Positions 19,246 to 28,433 of a stretch of DNA of 64,000 nt are shown one piece after another (positions within the stretch are counted from its first letter, which is position 1; each line of letters opens with the position of its first letter). The notes under the pieces were generated by a model. It had not been told where the DNA came from. It was given only the letters and a program-made list of their open reading frames with translations, and searched no databases. The position numbers and the translations under genes are program-made. The stretch is from NCBI GenBank assembly GCA_965204755.1, contig OZ242011.1, positions 2,624,001 through 2,688,000 of the forward strand, given 5' to 3'. Source of the DNA: Candidatus Marinacidobacterium sp. GTDB lineage: Bacteria; Acidobacteriota; Vicinamibacteria; Marinacidobacterales; Marinacidobacteraceae.

Positions 19246-19447
19246 ACTCTATGGCTCGGCTGTCGCGCCGGAAACGGATCGAACCCGGCGCCGCTGCGAG
19301 AGCGCCGAAACCGGTGGAAAACCCCCGAAAACGGTCGAAAGCGTCTCCGAAACAGCCAAAAAGTATGCGCGTGCGCGCGGGAACGCGCCGCAGGCGCCAC
19401 GGCGCGCGCCCGCGCCGCCGGGAAGACGGTCCCGGAAGGAACTCGCC

Positions 19448-20794
19448 ATGGTGATCGCCCGTAGCCGGGGACGGTTCGCGGCCGCACTGCTGTTCGCCCT
19501 GGCCGCGCACCTCGCCGCCGCGGTTCCCGCCGCCGCGCAGCGCGGGGTGCTGCGCGGCACGCTCACCGACCCGGACGGGAACCCGGTCCCCGGCGTCCAG
19601 GTCTCCATCGTCCTCGCCGACGGCGGCGGCCGCCCGCTCACCGTGGAGACCAACGACAGCGGCCAGTTCACCCGCGCCGCCCTCCGGGTGGGGATGTACC
19701 GGGTCACCATGGAGCGGGACGGCTGGGAGCCGCTCCAGGCGATCGTGAACATCTCGAGCGGCAGCCAGGCGTTCATCGAGGAGACCTTCCGCCCCCTCCC
19801 GGAGGGCGTGCTGAGCGTGAGCGAAGCCCAGCAGGCCGAGATCCACCTGCAGGAAGCGCAGACCGCGTTCGAGTCCGACAACTGGGAAGGCGCCGTCGCG
19901 GGCTTCCAGGCCTTCATCCAGTTCCAGCCGAATTCCGCCGGCGCCTACTTCAACCTGGGCGCTTCCTACGAGCGGCTGGAGGACTACACCTCGGCGATCC
20001 TGGCCTACGAGCAGGCGGTGGACCTCGACCCCGCGCTGAACCACGCGCTGCTCGCGGTGGCCGGCCTGCAGGGCCGGCAGCAGATGTGGAACGAGGCGCT
20101 GGCGACCTTCGACCGCGCGATGGAACTGGTCGAGTCGAGCGCGATGATGCTCTACAACTACGCCACCTACGCCGCGAACGCCGAACGCGCCGACCTGGCG
20201 GTCGAGTTCTACGAGAAGGCCGCGAACGCCGACCCGCAACTCGCCGTCGCCAACTTCCAGGCGGGGGTCATGAAGTACCAGACCGGCGACGCCGCCGGCG
20301 CCGTCGACTTCCTCTCCCGGTACCTGGACCTCGAACTGACCGGCCCGCAGGCCGACGCCGCGCTGCAGGTGCTCGCCGCCGCCGATCCGGACGCGGCGGT
20401 CGCCTACTACCGGCAGCGGCTGGAAGCCAACCCCGGCGACGGCGCCTCGCGGTTCCGGATGGGGTGGGTCCAGCACCAGTCCGGCGACCTCGCCGGAGCG
20501 GGCGAGACGCTCCTCGCTTACCTGGCGGAGGCCCCGGAGGGCGAGCACGCGGAGGAGGCGCTCAGAACGCTCGAGGAGGACATCCCCGCCTCCGCCGTCC
20601 TCTACTGGCGGGGGCAGGCCGAGGCCGACTCGGAGAACGCGGAGGCCTTCTTCCGCCTCGGCGCGGCCCTCTACGGGGCGGAGGACTTCGCCGCCGCCGT
20701 CGAGGCCTTCGAACGCCACCTCGAACTCGCCCCGGACGGCGAAAACGCCGAGAGCGCCCGCGAGCGCCTGGCCGAAGCCCAAAGCCGCCTCTGA
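19448..20794 (+). CDS. Exported TPR protein with N-terminal carboxypeptidase-regulatory-like domain (paralog 1)
   Basis: Signal peptide, RGTLTDPDGNPVPGV and multiple TPR motifs (AYFNLG...AVDLDP); AAGGA SD. Confidence 0.9.
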   Translation: MVIARSRGRFAAALLFALAAHLAAAVPAAAQRGVLRGTLTDPDGNPVPGVQVSIVLADGGGRPLTVETNDSGQFTRAALRVGMYRVTMERDGWEPLQAIVNISSGSQAFIEETFRPLPEGVLSVSEAQQAEIHLQEAQTAFESDNWEGAVAGFQAFIQFQPNSAGAYFNLGASYERLEDYTSAILAYEQAVDLDPALNHALLAVAGLQGRQQMWNEALATFDRAMELVESSAMMLYNYATYAANAERADLAVEFYEKAANADPQLAVANFQAGVMKYQTGDAAGAVDFLSRYLDLELTGPQADAALQVLAAADPDAAVAYYRQRLEANPGDGASRFRMGWVQHQSGDLAGAGETLLAYLAEAPEGEHAEEALRTLEEDIPASAVLYWRGQAEADSENAEAFFRLGAALYGAEDFAAAVEAFERHLELAPDGENAESARERLAEAQSRL

Positions 20795-20815
20795 CCCCCG
20801 GCGCGGGCGCCAAGC

Positions 20816-21348
20816 CCCGCGCCGCCCCCGACCCGCGCCGGGTCGATAGCCTGCGGAGAAAGTCGGGCCGAGACCGCCCGTCGGACGCACCGGGACGCCC
20901 GTCTCCGCCCCCCGGCGCCGCGGTCGCGAGTCCCGCGCCGCCCCCGACCTGCGCCGGGTCGACGGCCTGCGGAGGAAGTCGGGCCGAGAGCGCCCGTCGG
21001 GTACGCCGGGGCGTCCGTCTCCGCCCCCCGGCGCCGCGGTCGCGAGTCCCGCGCCGCCCCCGACCTGCGCCGGGTCGACGGCCTGCGGAGGAAATCGGGC
21101 CGAGAGCGCCCGTCGGGTACGTCCGGGCGCCCGTCTCCGCCTCCCGGCGCCGCGGACGCGAATCCCGCGCCGCCCCCGACCTGCGCCGGGTCAGCGGCCC
21201 GCGTAGGAAGTCGGGCCGAGAGCGCCCGTCGGGTACGCCGGGGCGCCCGTCTCCGCCCCCCGGCGCCGCGGGCGCGAGTCCCGCGCGTCCCTCGACCCGC
21301 GCCGGGTCAGCGGCCCGCGGGAGAAGTCGGGCCGGGAGCGCCCGTCGG
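20816..21348. repeat. Tandem repeat, 116-bp unit, about 4.6 imperfect copies
   Basis: Core a(g/a)tcgggccg recurs at 20861, 20977, 21093, 21209 and 21325, an exact 116-bp period. Confidence 0.92.
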
Positions 21349-21527
21349 CGCGAAGCGCCGGGGGGAGGGGCGGCGGGGAGGGGGTTTCCCCCTCCCCGCG
21401 AAAAACAGCGGGGTGAATCGCGAAGCGATTCGCTCCGCCCGCCCGCGGGGAGAGCGCCCCGTCGGGAACCCGAGCGGGGACTTCACGGCCCCCCGGTCGA
21501 GAAGGAGGGGGCGCTCTCCCCGCGGGC
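21336..21527 (-). repeat. Inverted copy of ~200-bp dispersed intergenic element
   Basis: Reverse complement aligns by eye with 58180-58382 (ttctcgac..aagtccccg..cgcgattc..cggcgcttcgcgccgac.gcgctc). Confidence 0.7.
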
Positions 21528-21733
21528 GGCTAAACTGTCCGGCTCGGCTGTGTCGCCGCGGAACCGGATCGACTCCGGCGGCGTTACAGCGAGAGCGCCG
21601 ACGAGGCCGGGGAAAAAGCCCCCCAGACCGCCTCCGAGGCAGCCGAAAGACCCGCGAGCGCGTCGGTAAGCGCCGCGCTCCCCTCGGCGCGCCCCGCCGC
21701 GCCGCCGGGAAGGCCTCCCGGAAGGAACCCGCC

Positions 21734-23080
21734 ATGGTGACCCGCTGTCGTCCGTTTCGACTCGCCGCCGCGCTCCTGCTCGCGGCGGCCGCCCATCTCG
21801 CCGCCGCCGCCCCCGCCCTCGCGCAGCGCGGGGGGCTTCGCGGCGCCCTCACCGACCCGGACGGGCAGCCGATCCCCGGTGTCCGCGTCTCCATCGCCCT
21901 CGCCGACGGCGGCAACCGCCCGGTCACCGTGGAGACGAACGACGAGGGCCGGTTCACCCGCGCCGGCCTCCAGGTCGGGATGTACCGGGTGTCCATGGAA
22001 CTCGAGGGCTGGGAGCCCCTGCAGGCGATCGTGAACATCTCGACCGGCAGCCAGTCGTTCATCGAGGAGACCCTCTACCCGCTCCCCGAGGGCGTGCTGA
22101 GCCCGAAACAGGCCCGGGAGGCCGATGTCCACCTCCAGGCGGCCCAGCAGGCGTTCGAGTCCGGCGACCTCGAGGCCGCCGCCGCCGGATTCCTCGCCTT
22201 CACCGAGTTGGCGCCGAACTCCGCCGGCGCCTTCTTCAACCTCGGCGCCACCTACGAGCGGCTGGAGCAGTACGCGAAGGCCATCGAGGCCTACGAGCGG
22301 GCCTTCGCCCTCGACTCCTCGATGAACCAGGGGCTGCTCGCGGCCGCCGACCTCCACGGCCGGCTGGAACAGTGGAGCGAGGGCCTAGCCGCCTACGACC
22401 GGGCGATGTCCCTCGTCGAGTCGAGCGCGGTGTACCTCTACAACTACGCCACCTTCGCCGTGAACGCCGGGCGCCCCGACCTCGCCCTCGAGTTCTACGA
22501 GAAGGCCGCGACCGCCGACCCGCAACTCGCTGTCGCCCACTTCCAGGTGGGCGTGGCGAGGTACCAGGCCGCCGACCCCGCCGGCGCCGCCGAGGCCCTC
22601 TCCCGCTACCTGGACCTCGAGCCTGCCGGCGCCCAGGTCCCCGCCGCGCTCGAAGTGCTGGCCCTGTCCAGCGCGGAGGCCGCGGTTCCCTACTACCGCA
22701 AGCGTCTCGAAGCGAATCCGGGCGACGGCGCGACGCTCTTCAAGTTGGGCTCCCTCCAGCACGAGTCCGGCGACCTCGACGGCGCCGGCGCGACGCTCGT
22801 CGAATACCTGGCGGCCGACCCGCAGGGCGAACACTCCGAGGAAGCCCTCCAACTGCTCGAGGACGACATCCCCGCCTACGCCGCGCGCCACTTCCAGCAA
22901 CAGGCCGAAGCCGACCCGCAGAACGCCGACGCCTTCTACAAGATCGGCGCGCTCCTCTACCGGACCGACGACTTCGCCGGCGCCATCGCCGCCCTCGACC
23001 GCTACCTCGAACTCGTCCCGGACGGCGAAACCGCGGACGGCGCCCGCCAACTCCTCGCCGAAGCCCAGAACCGCAAGTGA
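21734..23080 (+). CDS. Exported TPR protein with carboxypeptidase-regulatory-like domain (paralog 2)
   Basis: Same length (1347 nt) and colinear with paralog 1, e.g. GWEPLQAIVNIS and EFYEKAA.ADPQLAVA.FQ. Confidence 0.9.
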   Translation: MVTRCRPFRLAAALLLAAAAHLAAAAPALAQRGGLRGALTDPDGQPIPGVRVSIALADGGNRPVTVETNDEGRFTRAGLQVGMYRVSMELEGWEPLQAIVNISTGSQSFIEETLYPLPEGVLSPKQAREADVHLQAAQQAFESGDLEAAAAGFLAFTELAPNSAGAFFNLGATYERLEQYAKAIEAYERAFALDSSMNQGLLAAADLHGRLEQWSEGLAAYDRAMSLVESSAVYLYNYATFAVNAGRPDLALEFYEKAATADPQLAVAHFQVGVARYQAADPAGAAEALSRYLDLEPAGAQVPAALEVLALSSAEAAVPYYRKRLEANPGDGATLFKLGSLQHESGDLDGAGATLVEYLAADPQGEHSEEALQLLEDDIPAYAARHFQQQAEADPQNADAFYKIGALLYRTDDFAGAIAALDRYLELVPDGETADGARQLLAEAQNRK

Positions 23081-23136
23081 CGGCGGGCGCCGGCGACGGG
23101 AGTCGCCGGTCCGCTTCTGCGAGCGACGCAGGTCGG

Positions 23137-24114
23137 ATGACTGCCGCGCCCGGCGTCGCTCCGATGCGCAGAGTCCTCGATCTGGTTGACGCCGCGGAAA
23201 GGGAGTTGACCGAAGGTGGAACGGATCGGGCCCACCGTCTTCTGAAAGAATCGCTCTTCGGGGCTCTGCTTCGCGACGGCCTTCAGGATCATCGCGAAAC
23301 GGAGCCTTGGGCGGTGCACTACACGTCTCTCGATGCGACGCTCGCCATTCTGGACACAGGAGGCTTCCGGATGTACAACATCGAGACCTCGAACGATCCG
23401 CTTGAGGGGCAGGTCTTGGGGATTGAGGGTTTCCTTCACAGAGTCTCTCGGCAATATTCGTGGTTGCCGGCCATTCCGCACCGACGGGGTCTTGACGCCT
23501 ATGTGCTCAGCGCCATCGCCTTGGGCCCAAAGTCGTTCTACGAATCTATCGACGACGACCTCGTTTGGTGGCGTCTCTACGGCCACGACGGTCGAGGGTG
23601 CGCAATCAGGTTCAATACCCAGGTCGATAGGTTTCCCATGTATCAGGTTCGATACTTGGCGAGATCGAATCGCGGCGGAAACTCCACGGGAAACACTACA
23701 CCGGGAGTCCTTCGCGTAGAAGAGGCACTCAAGATTCTCGATGGGCGCCTCAAAGGGGCGCTCGGCGAGTTGAAAGAACTGCCCAATCATTCGGCGTGCG
23801 CCATTTCGGACTTCTTGATGAACTACGCTTACTTGGTGAAGGATCGCCACTATCGGGCGGAACACGAGGTTCGCGCCATCTCCATTTCTCCCGTTCCCGA
23901 CAGCGTGGAATTCGAGGTGGATAACGGTGGGCCGAGGCGCCGCTTCGTGAACGGCCCTCGCCTTCGTGAATGCCTTCGATCCGGATCCTCGATCACCATA
24001 GGACCTTCTGTACGGCAGCCGAGAATGGTACGCGCATACATCGAGAGGTGTCTCGCCGAGAACGGATGCGGACATACGAGGGTTCATATTTCCGAGGCCC
24101 GATACCGACAGTAA
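23137..24114 (+). CDS. DUF2971-like protein
   Basis: HYTS...IL...NDPLEG, DDL.WWRLYG..GRGCAI.F and VKDRHYRAEHEVR; lower GC than the flanks. Start could be 23077, 23137 or 23164. Confidence 0.7.
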   Translation: MTAAPGVAPMRRVLDLVDAAERELTEGGTDRAHRLLKESLFGALLRDGLQDHRETEPWAVHYTSLDATLAILDTGGFRMYNIETSNDPLEGQVLGIEGFLHRVSRQYSWLPAIPHRRGLDAYVLSAIALGPKSFYESIDDDLVWWRLYGHDGRGCAIRFNTQVDRFPMYQVRYLARSNRGGNSTGNTTPGVLRVEEALKILDGRLKGALGELKELPNHSACAISDFLMNYAYLVKDRHYRAEHEVRAISISPVPDSVEFEVDNGGPRRRFVNGPRLRECLRSGSSITIGPSVRQPRMVRAYIERCLAENGCGHTRVHISEARYRQ

Positions 24115-24186
24115 AGGATCTCGGGACTTGTGCCGTGTCCGCGAGCGCGGACTGAGTCCCGTGGTTCCTGCGATATCTCGGCGGGG

Positions 24187-25571
24187 CTACTCCGTCAAGT
24201 AGGGCAGGGGGAGCGCAGAGTCGCCGAGAGCGGCGCGGGCGCGGAAAGAACAGTGGGGGCGGCATTCGTTCTCGGAGAGGGAGATGCGACCGGTCACGAA
24301 TTGGTAGTCCTGCTCCGCGACTCGCGGCCACCAATCGTCCGCGATCAGATAGCGCAGCATGGCGTTCACTTCCAGGCCGGCGACGCTCAGGCTGAAGGGA
24401 AACACATTCTCGTTGTGAGGACGCCTCTCCGGAGGCAGATTTGCGATGTAGGCCGGATCGTCCAGTGAACCGTTCAACTCCGTAACTACCATCCCGGAGT
24501 CGTACTGACCGGCGCACCGCAGGCACCGATGGTGGGGCGTAACGAGATGCGCCTTCCAGTGCGCGGAGCGCAGGTTGGAGGTCTTGGGGTCCACTTCCAC
24601 CGCTACGCCGCCGTCGACGACCGGGATGAGATGGGCGATCGCGAGGTGGTTGAGGACATCACGCGCTACCGGTCGGTCCACGCAACTGAACAGGAAGTCG
24701 CAATCGAGGGCCTCGAGGTACGCCGTCTCGTCCTGAACCGGCAGCGCGTGAACCGTGATTCGAACCGCGCGTGCCGTCGCGTGCCGCCGGGCGGCGCGAC
24801 GTGCGACGGCCACCTTGGGCCGGCCGAGATCGCTCTCGGTCGTGTTCAGCAGGCGGTCGAGGTTGTGCTCTTCGACCCGGTCAGGATCGATGAACACGAG
24901 GTCGGAGACCCCCACCCTGGCAAGCGACTCGGCGACGACGGAACCGACGCTGCCAAGCCCGACGACTCCCACCCGAAGCCGGGCGATGTCGCGCTGGTTC
25001 CGCTCTCCCCAAGAATCGAAAGTTCGGCGCAAGATGTTTCGCCGGGGGGCGGGGCGGGCGGATCGGTCGTTGAAGAACACGCGGTACCGATCCCGGCCGA
25101 CAACGCGAACCGAGCGGCACCACTCCCGGCGAAACGACCGGGTTCGACGGGTCCAAAAACGTGCGCTCCACACGCCGTCGCTGCCGACGGTCAGGCCGAC
25201 AAGCGGGAAGCCGGTTGCGCGGGCGGCGTTGGAGATAACATCGCGTTCGGCGACGACATCGGGTGGGCTCAGGTCCTGCCAACCGGGCGACGGATGGCTG
25301 TGCAGGAAGGCGAGCCCGGCGTTATGTCGCTGCGCGACACGAACCGCTCGCCCCAGGTAACCGGGCAGGAAACTGACATTTCGTGCAGCCGCACTTCATC
25401 TTGCTCGGGCAGGATGACGCCGGCGACGATCGCGGTCGTTCGGCGCGCGCCGGTGGAGCGGCGCCAGAAGCCGAAACAGAGGTTTTCCTGTTCTTCGCCC
25501 CTACGAAAATGACGAAGCAGGTGCTCGCGGGCGTCGCGTTCCGCCGCTTCGAGGAAGACCGTATCGCGCAT
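24187..25571 (-). pseudogene. JAB peptidase-ThiF/E1 fusion (BubCD-like) interrupted by a 1-nt frameshift near 25382 (real or assembly error)
   Basis: ATG 25571 overlaps the E2 stop. Adding one base (CAC GA AAT to CAC GGA AAT) gives a 461-aa frame with the JAB motif FLHSHPSPGWQDLSPPD, then GLGSVG, DPDRVEEHNLDR, CVD, CLRC and CRPHC. Confidence 0.85.
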
Positions 25572-25972
25572 CAGACATGAGCCCAGAAGCGATGGACATG
25601 TTCGAGATAAGCGCGCATGGTTTTGGTAGGCAGGCCGTCCCAGAAGGCGCCCGGCGGGCGGCTGAAGGCGCTCCATCCCCGACGCGTTCCGTCCGGGATC
25701 GTCAACTCGTACTGTGAGTGTACGGCGCCGTCTCTCGGGGATTCGATTCGGGGGGAGGTGTGGAGGAAGTGGGGTGGATACTCGGGAAAACCCTCCCGGA
25801 CATTGCCCATCGAGATCCCGAGTTGGAACCGTTGACCCCGGAAGCGGCCCCGGGTTACGGCGTACTCAAAGACGACGACTTCGGGGTAGTGGGCGCCATG
25901 GGCTTCAATTCGAGCGTCCTCGTAGCCGAGTTCCCGGAGTTGCGCCTGGATGTTCCGGGAGGCCTCGCCCAT
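25571..25972 (-). CDS. Prokaryotic E2/UBC-like protein lacking cysteine (BubB-like)
   Basis: FPEYPPHFLH E2-like motif and WSAFSRP; no Cys in 133 aa; lies between the Ubl and JAB-E1 genes. Confidence 0.75.
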   Translation of the reverse strand: MGEASRNIQAQLRELGYEDARIEAHGAHYPEVVVFEYAVTRGRFRGQRFQLGISMGNVREGFPEYPPHFLHTSPRIESPRDGAVHSQYELTIPDGTRRGWSAFSRPPGAFWDGLPTKTMRAYLEHVHRFWAHV

Positions 25973-25982
25973 CGGAGGCGCC

Positions 25983-26312
25983 TTACGCCACTGGCGTCGG
26001 CCCGCCAGGCATAGCGAGGAGGTCTTCTCCGGGGGTCACTGTGATCTCTTGGCCGCGGTTCAGCGTTTCGCCCGAGCGAGTCTGCAGGATGTAGTCGGTC
26101 GGATCCCCGGCGATCGCGTGCAGATCCTTGGCCTTGCGCAGGAGTTCGGAAACGGATGCACGCGTCCCGTTCTCCACGGGAATATCTACGGCGTTGACCC
26201 TGACGGTCACGGGCGCGCCCTCGATCGAACGAGGGGAACTCGCTCCCGAGTCGTCACCGCCTCCGGGGACTTCGCCGACGGCGTGGCGGTCGGCACCATC
26301 GTGATCGTTCAT
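25983..26312 (-). CDS. Ubiquitin-like (beta-grasp) protein (BubA-like), C-terminus GGPTPVA
   Basis: GAGGAG SD before ATG 26312. Beta-grasp-like pattern VTVRVN...SVSELL...DYIL...EITV..GEDL. First gene of the E2/JAB-E1 operon. Confidence 0.7.
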   Translation of the reverse strand: MNDHDGADRHAVGEVPGGGDDSGASSPRSIEGAPVTVRVNAVDIPVENGTRASVSELLRKAKDLHAIAGDPTDYILQTRSGETLNRGQEITVTPGEDLLAMPGGPTPVA

Positions 26313-26343
26313 GGTCACTCCTCGGAATCCAGCCTCGGGGCAC

Positions 26344-26349
26344 ATTCTA
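26344..26349 (-). promoter_or_regulatory. Putative -10 (TAGAAT) of the Ubl operon
   Basis: Near-consensus hexamer about 30 nt upstream of the Ubl start. Confidence 0.4.
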
Positions 26350-26635
26350 GCGAGAACCGCGGCGCGCCCCCTCCCGGAACGACGGCGGACTCCTCCAGTC
26401 GCCCCGCCCGTTCGCCGCTGCGGGTCGGGGCGGGAGAGGCCCCACCGGTCGGGGCCGGCCCGGCAGCCCGACGAGAGAGTCCACTCGACGCGGGAGACGG
26501 AGGAACTCCGGCTTGTGGCGTCGCCGCTGTAGGGTAGGGTTTCCCGTCCCGGGTGGGCGCTTTCGGGGAAGGGATTCCGACCCGGCCGGGGGAGAGACGA
26601 GTGGGGGACCGACCGAATCCGAGGTGATGAGGAAC

Positions 26636-28312
26636 ATGACGAACCGACAGCGCGCCACGCTCGCTTTCGCCGCCGGACTCCTGGCCGGGGGCGCTCTCCC
26701 GCCGGCGGCCTTCGCGGCCGAACCCGAAGAGAACACCGCCGAACTGGCGGTGCCGCTCCACCCGCATCTGGGCGAAGTCCACTACCCGGCGAGCGGGCTG
26801 TCCGAACTCGGGCAGCAGTACTTCGACCAGGGGTTGCGGCTGGCGTACGCCTTCTGGATGGGCGAGGCGCGGCGCTCCTTCGACGAGGCGGCGCGGCTCG
26901 ACCCGGACGCCGCGATGGCGCACTGGGGCCGGGCGCTGGCCTACGGGCCCTACCTGAACCAGGGCTCGCCGCCGGAGGAGCAACTCGAGACCGCCTACGA
27001 GGCGATCACGCGGGCGCGGGAACTCGCCTCCTCCGCCACGGAGAAGGAGCGGGCGATGATCGAGGCGCTCGCCGCCCGCTACGCCGAGGACCCCGCGGCG
27101 GAGCGCGAGCCGCTGGATCAGGCGTACCACGAGAAGGCGCGGGCGCTCTCCGAGGCCTACCCGGACGACCTCGAACTGCGCGTGCTCGCCGCCGCCAGTT
27201 ACATGAACACCACCCGCTGGAATTACTGGGACGACGCCGGGAAGCCGCTGACGCCGGGGACCGACTGGCTCGTGGAACAACTCGAGACCGCGCTCGAACA
27301 GGCCCCCGATCATCCGGGCGCCATCCACTACTACATCCACGGCGTGGAAGCCTCGGACGACCCGTTCCGGGCCGTCCCCTACGCGCGCGAGTTGCCGCGC
27401 ACCATGCCCGGCGCCGCGCACCTGGTGCACATGGGTTCGCACATCCTGATCCAGACCGGGAACTACGACGAAGCCGCCGACTTCAACCTGGACGCGGCGG
27501 CGGTGGACGAGTTGTACATGGGAATGCCCGACCAGGAGGGCCGGTACCCGGTGCGCTCCTACCAGCACAATGTCCACTTCGCCTGGTCGGCGGCGCAGTT
27601 CGAGGGACGGAGCGCCGTCGCGCTGCAGCAGGCCTACAAACTGCGCGACAAGGTGCGCGTCCAGACCCCGCCGAACCAGATTGAGAAGTCCTCGTATTCG
27701 CAGTTGTTCCTCTCGATCCCGCTGTTCGCGCAGGCGCGGTTCGGGAGGTGGGAAGACCTCCTGAACGAGCCGCAGCCGCGCGCCGAATACCTGTTCGAGA
27801 CCGCGGTCTGGCACTATGCGCGCGGGCTCGCGCGTTCGGCGACCGGGGACCGCGCCGCCGCCGAGGAACACCGGGCGCGGGTTGCGGAGATCGCCGCCGA
27901 CGAAAACCTGCCGAGCATGGGCCGGGTCTCGGCGAAGGACATGCTGCGGCTCGCCGCAACGGCGCTGGAAGCGGACCTCGCCGCCCGCTACGAATCCCCC
28001 GCCGCCGCGATCCCGATGCTGGAAGAGGCGATCCACATCCAGGACAACCTGGCGTACACCGAGCCGCCGCCCTGGTACATCCCGATGCGGCAGGTCCTCG
28101 GCGCGGTCCAACTCGACGCCGGGCAGGCCGACCACGCCGAAGTCTCCTTCCGCGAAGACCTGAAGAAGTGGCCGGAGAACGGCTGGTCGCTCTTCGGCCT
28201 GCTCCAGTCCCTGCGCGCCCAGGGAAAGACCGACGACGCCGAACGCGTGCAGCGCCGGTTCCTCAAGGCCTGGAGCCGCGCCGACATCGTCCTGACTTCC
28301 GCGCGTTTCTGA
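26636..28312 (+). CDS. Exported TPR-containing conserved protein
   Basis: Signal peptide; QYFDQGLRLAYAF, AMAHWGRALAYGP, HPGAIHYYIH, HLVHMGSHI and PENGWSLFGL. Confidence 0.85.
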   Translation: MTNRQRATLAFAAGLLAGGALPPAAFAAEPEENTAELAVPLHPHLGEVHYPASGLSELGQQYFDQGLRLAYAFWMGEARRSFDEAARLDPDAAMAHWGRALAYGPYLNQGSPPEEQLETAYEAITRARELASSATEKERAMIEALAARYAEDPAAEREPLDQAYHEKARALSEAYPDDLELRVLAAASYMNTTRWNYWDDAGKPLTPGTDWLVEQLETALEQAPDHPGAIHYYIHGVEASDDPFRAVPYARELPRTMPGAAHLVHMGSHILIQTGNYDEAADFNLDAAAVDELYMGMPDQEGRYPVRSYQHNVHFAWSAAQFEGRSAVALQQAYKLRDKVRVQTPPNQIEKSSYSQLFLSIPLFAQARFGRWEDLLNEPQPRAEYLFETAVWHYARGLARSATGDRAAAEEHRARVAEIAADENLPSMGRVSAKDMLRLAATALEADLAARYESPAAAIPMLEEAIHIQDNLAYTEPPPWYIPMRQVLGAVQLDAGQADHAEVSFREDLKKWPENGWSLFGLLQSLRAQGKTDDAERVQRRFLKAWSRADIVLTSARF

Positions 28313-28433
28313 TTCCCGGCTACTGATTCGCCGGGGCCGCCCCGGCCCGCGCCCCCGGGTTCGCGGCGGCCCCTCGCGGTCGGGCGCGCCGCCTCCCGCC
28401 TTCCCCCGGTATCCGCCCGGGGGGAAGGCGCTC

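Noticed and set aside
20816-21348. Possible CRISPR array
   Set aside because: Whole 116-bp units repeat with no unique spacers, and no cas genes are present.
24187-26312. CBASS/Pycsar Cap2-Cap3 or ThiF/MoeB cofactor biosynthesis
   Set aside because: There is no cyclase or effector and no thi/moa genes; a dedicated Ubl and E2 are present instead.
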